In this document: positions 60,749-64,000 of the stretch, piece by piece
How positions within the stretch are numbered: the first letter of the stretch is position 1
How the letters are laid out: each line of letters begins with the position of its first letter
Assembly (NCBI GenBank): GCA_964518305.1
Contig: CAZFDK010000004.1
Location: 42,986 to 106,985 of the forward strand
Source: an uncultured Gemmatimonadota bacterium
GTDB taxonomy: Bacteria; Gemmatimonadota; Gemmatimonadetes; Palauibacterales; Palauibacteraceae
Direction: 5' to 3'
Length of the DNA: 64,000 bases
Program-made: the position numbers and the translations under genes
Notes under the pieces: generated by a model
Told to the model about the DNA's origin: nothing
The model's database searches: none
What the model saw: only the letters and a program-made list of their open reading frames with translations

Positions 60749-61516
60749 ATGGGACGCGCGGAAGGCAAGGTCGCCCTGGTGACGGGCGCAGCACACGGCA
60801 TCGGCAGATCGACGGCGATCCTCCTGGCACGGGAGGGGGCGAAGGTGGCCGTCACCGACGTGGACACGGAGGCGTCGCGCGACGTGGTGCGGGAGATCGA
60901 GGGAGTCGTGGGCACCGCCCACGCGTGGGAGCTCGACGTTTCCGACGAGGAGCAGGTACGCCGGGTCACCGACGAGGTGGTGGACCACTTCGGCGGCCTC
61001 GACGTCCTGGTCAACAACGCCGGCATCTCCGGTGCCGACCGGCCGACCCACGAGCTGAGCCTGGAGGAATGGGAGGAGGTACAGGCCGTGAACACCCGCG
61101 GTGTATTCCTGTGCACCAGGGAAGCGATCCCCCACATGAAGGATGCGGGCGGCGGCAGCATCGTGAACCTGTCCTCCATATACGGCATCGTCAGCGCCCC
61201 GGACATTCCGTCCTATCACGCCTCCAAGGGCGCCGTCCGGATGATGACCAAGACCGACGCGCTGTTCTACGCGGAGGACGGGATCCGGGTGAACTCCGTA
61301 CACCCCGGCTTCATCTGGACACCGCTCGTGGAGGACTACTTGGAGAGCCAGGGCGACGTGGAGGAGGGTCGGCGGCAGCTCGCCGAGCTCCACCCGCTCG
61401 GCCGGGTCGGCGAGCCCGAGGAGATCGCCCAGGGCATCCTCTTCCTGGCCTCCGACGAGTCGAGCTTCATGACCGGCTCGGAGCTGGTGATCGACGGGGG
61501 CTATACGGCCCGATAG
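60749..61516 (+). CDS. Short-chain dehydrogenase/reductase
   Basis: TGAAHGIG, NNAGI, NLSS, YHASK, VNSVHPG, VIDGG. Confidence 0.93.
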   Translation: MGRAEGKVALVTGAAHGIGRSTAILLAREGAKVAVTDVDTEASRDVVREIEGVVGTAHAWELDVSDEEQVRRVTDEVVDHFGGLDVLVNNAGISGADRPTHELSLEEWEEVQAVNTRGVFLCTREAIPHMKDAGGGSIVNLSSIYGIVSAPDIPSYHASKGAVRMMTKTDALFYAEDGIRVNSVHPGFIWTPLVEDYLESQGDVEEGRRQLAELHPLGRVGEPEEIAQGILFLASDESSFMTGSELVIDGGYTAR

Positions 61517-61525
61517 AGCGAGCGC

Positions 61526-62266
61526 GTGACGACATTCCTCTGGATCCTGTCCGGCGGCGTGCTGATGAGCGTGATCGCGCTGGTGGGCAGCACGACGCTC
61601 CTCCTGCGCGAGGACACGCTCCGTCGCCTCCTCCTGCCCCTGGTGGCCTTCGCCGCCGGCTCACTCCTGGGGGGAGCCTTCTTCCACATGCTCCCGTCGG
61701 CCCTGGGGGAGATGGGTGACCCGACGCTGGTCTTCGCCTGGCTCCTGGCCGGCTTCCTGATCTTCTTCATGATCGAGCAGTTCCTGCACTGGCACCACTG
61801 CCATCGGGACGTGGCCGAGTGCCGGGAGCCGCTCACCTACCTGATCCTGCTGGGCGACGGCCTCCATAACTTCATGGGGGGACTGGCGGTGGCCAGCGCC
61901 TTCCTCGTCGACGTGCGGCTCGGCGTCACAACCTGGGTGGCGGCCGCGGCCCACGAGGTTCCCCAGGAGCTCGGTGACTTCGCGGTGCTCGTTCACGGTG
62001 GCTGGACGGCGCGTCGGGCTCTCTTCTTCAACCTTCTCTCCGGGCTCACCTTCCTGGTCGGGGCCCTGGCGGCCTACGTTGCCTCGCACCAGCTCGAGGT
62101 CGACTTCCTGCTGCCCCTGGCGGCGGGCAACTTCGTCTACATAGCCGCCTCCGACCTGGTGCCCGAGGTGAACAGGAACGAGACGATCCGTCACAACCTG
62201 CTCCACCTCGCCGCCTTCTCCGCGGGACTCGGTCTTCTCCTCGCGCTCCGGGTGGGACTGCACTGA
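61526..62266 (+). CDS. ZIP family metal transporter (second, His-rich loop type)
   Basis: FAAGSLLG, HWHHCH, DGLHNF, HEVPQELGDF, AAGNFVYIA.SDL.PE. Confidence 0.92.
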   Translation: MTTFLWILSGGVLMSVIALVGSTTLLLREDTLRRLLLPLVAFAAGSLLGGAFFHMLPSALGEMGDPTLVFAWLLAGFLIFFMIEQFLHWHHCHRDVAECREPLTYLILLGDGLHNFMGGLAVASAFLVDVRLGVTTWVAAAAHEVPQELGDFAVLVHGGWTARRALFFNLLSGLTFLVGALAAYVASHQLEVDFLLPLAAGNFVYIAASDLVPEVNRNETIRHNLLHLAAFSAGLGLLLALRVGLH

Positions 62267-62333
62267 TTCCGTTTTCCCCACACGCCGGATGGGGGATTCT
62301 CCGACTTCCCTCGATCGAGCGCGCAGGTAACAT
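62265..62333 (+). promoter_or_regulatory. Phased-box promoter of the coiled-coil / cytochrome unit
   Basis: Box ending CCCACA (62282) and GATGGG-GGATTC-TCCGAC (62288-305); TAACAT at 62328-33; gaps 45 and 22 nt. Confidence 0.7.
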
Positions 62334-62431
62334 ATTGGGGAAGCCGTAACAGCAGCTTCACGGGCGACGCCGGGCCGGACGATTTTCGGACGGAGACCGC
62401 ACTCCCCCCCACAGCCGCGGAGACGCGGACC

Positions 62432-62758
62432 ATGAAGAAGACCGTGAGAGGAATGGCGCTGGGCAACAGCAAGAAGAGGGCGGCCTACCGCGAGCGCCGT
62501 CGGGCGCAGCTTCGGGAGTGGTCGGCCAGGCTCGATGTGTGGCAGGCCCGGTCGCGGAAGGCGAAGGCCGGCGTCAAGATTCGCTACTACGAGGGACTGG
62601 ACGAGCTCCAAAACGCTCTCGACAGGATGCGGCATCGGGTCGACGAGCTGGAGCGGGCGGGCGAGGACGCCTGGAACGAGCTCAGGGACGGCGTGGATGA
62701 GGCGGCCGCCGAGGCGAAGGAAATCGTGGGCCGCGTCTCGGGCCGATTGGACCGGTGA
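62432..62758 (+). CDS. Small coiled-coil stress-type protein
   Basis: AY..R..AQL.EW.A.LD...AWNELRDGVDEA pattern; all-helical. Confidence 0.7.
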   Translation: MKKTVRGMALGNSKKRAAYRERRRAQLREWSARLDVWQARSRKAKAGVKIRYYEGLDELQNALDRMRHRVDELERAGEDAWNELRDGVDEAAAEAKEIVGRVSGRLDR

Positions 62759-63381
62759 CGGCAGCGGGCCGAGTGGCGGCGGTCGCGGCGGCCGGAGTGA
62801 TCGTGCTCGCGGTGTCGGGCAGCCCGGGCGCAACGGCCCAGGAGGCCGCCCCGCGGGAGCCGCCGCCCGAGGAACTGGGCGACGTGGTGCGGGAGGTCGA
62901 GCGCCTGGATGCGCTCCGCTCCGGGTTGGCCCGGAGTTTTTCGGGGAGCGGGGGCGACGTGGACCGCGGGACCTTTCGAAACGTCTGTCAGCCCGTGGGC
63001 AAGGAGCTGAAGAGCGTGGCGGCGGAGAACGGGTGGATGGTGTCGCAGATGGCGGTACGGTACCGGAACCCGGCGCACCGGGCCGACTCCATGGCCCGCG
63101 CGGTCATGGAGAAGATGGATACGCACCGGGAGCTCATGGGCACCTGGCGAAGGACGCGGATGAACGGCCGTGAGGGTGTGCGCTATTTCCGTCGCATCAC
63201 CGTGGAGCGGGCCTGCCTGGCGTGCCACGGGGCGAAGGAGGACCGACCCGCCTTCGTGAAGGAGGACTACCCGGAGGATCGAGCCCACGGCTTCGAGGTC
63301 GGCGACCTGCGGGGCGTGTACTCCGTCTTCGTTCCGGAGAAGAACGGCGCGAACACATCGGAGGATACCGGGAGGAAGTGA
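62755..63381 (+). CDS. DUF3365 / Tll0287-like c-type heme protein with signal peptide
   Basis: Signal peptide, NVCQP, YRNP, RYFRRI, CLACHG heme motif, YPEDRA.GF..GDLRG.YSV. Confidence 0.85.
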   Translation: MTAAGRVAAVAAAGVIVLAVSGSPGATAQEAAPREPPPEELGDVVREVERLDALRSGLARSFSGSGGDVDRGTFRNVCQPVGKELKSVAAENGWMVSQMAVRYRNPAHRADSMARAVMEKMDTHRELMGTWRRTRMNGREGVRYFRRITVERACLACHGAKEDRPAFVKEDYPEDRAHGFEVGDLRGVYSVFVPEKNGANTSEDTGRK

Positions 63382-63388
63382 GACCGGA

Positions 63389-63922
63389 ATGGCGGCGCAC
63401 GCGAGCGGCGCATCATCGGCCGAGGAGCACTCCGGCGGCCTGGCGTGGGAGGGCTTCGTGGCGGGGCTCGTCGGCTACGTCACCATCGTCGTGCTCTACG
63501 CGGCAGGGAATCTCATCGGCGGCGAGTGGATCCTGCACACTCCAGCTCTGCTGGGGAGCGCGCTCCTGGGCCGTCCGGTCCAGGACGCCGGTCCGTGGCT
63601 CGGGCCCGCGCCGATCTTCGTCTACAACGGGCTCCATCTGCTCGCGTTTCTGGCGATCGGCTACGCCGCGGCGTGGGTGACGCGGGAGATCGAGTTGCAT
63701 CCGGCGGCGTGGTACGTGTTCTTCTTTCTCTTCATAATGATGTTCGTGTTGAGCCTGGTGGTCGTGTTCGCGGTGGCGGTACCGGTGCTCGACGCTTTCC
63801 CGACGGCCTCCGTGGTGTGGGCCAATCTGGCGGCGGCCGTGGCGATGGGCACGTACCTGGCCCGCCGGCACCGGGGACTGCTGGAGAAGGTGGAGCGCAA
63901 GGGGGATCCGGAGGCGCGCTGA
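63389..63922 (+). CDS. Hypothetical membrane protein (4 TM)
   Basis: Four hydrophobic helices, TPALLG and YNGLH motifs; 7 nt after the cytochrome gene. Confidence 0.75.
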   Translation: MAAHASGASSAEEHSGGLAWEGFVAGLVGYVTIVVLYAAGNLIGGEWILHTPALLGSALLGRPVQDAGPWLGPAPIFVYNGLHLLAFLAIGYAAAWVTREIELHPAAWYVFFFLFIMMFVLSLVVVFAVAVPVLDAFPTASVVWANLAAAVAMGTYLARRHRGLLEKVERKGDPEAR

Positions 63923-64000
63923 GGCGCGATCGCCGGGTGCCGAACGGCACGCGGCCGGGGACGGCCGGGAAGAGTTCCCCGGCGTGTCTCGGCGAGGCAA

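Noticed and set aside
63964-63983. Regulon box or terminator after the last gene
   Set aside because: GCCGGG-N8-CCCGGC has the wrong spacer and no U-tract, and the downstream context is outside the window.

Overview
A gene-dense 64 kb segment of a high-GC (roughly 70% by eye) bacterial genome. The taxon cannot be assigned from sequence alone, but many proteins are strongly acidic, which suggests a salt-adapted host. About 60 CDS are supported. I saw no rRNA, tRNA, CRISPR array, transposase, integrase or phage genes. The genes look like a stress/dormancy island: RtcB, a baeRF (Balon-like) factor, USPs, Hsp20, dodecin, CBS proteins, site-2 protease-CBS, class II RNR, PncB, a CapA-family protein, PRT/DLH/erythromycin-esterase domains, trehalose enzymes (OtsA, OtsB, GH65, GH15), a P-type ATPase, PolX, NAD-dependent ligase, an archaeal-type SAM synthetase and a complete N-ATPase operon (atpDCQRBEFAG). 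Many of these families are those of the mycobacterial DosR hypoxia regulon. The main discovery is regulatory. Thirteen promoter regions, on both strands, share one geometry: two or three 18-bp boxes ending in CCC(GAC/ACN), repeated every 22-24 bp, with the last box ending 21-23 nt and the previous one 44-46 nt before a YAnnnT -10 hexamer. One of the thirteen (CBS gene) shows only the distal box. This points to a single activator, not encoded in the window, that co-regulates the island including the N-ATPase. All family assignments come from motif recognition and were not confirmed by database searches.
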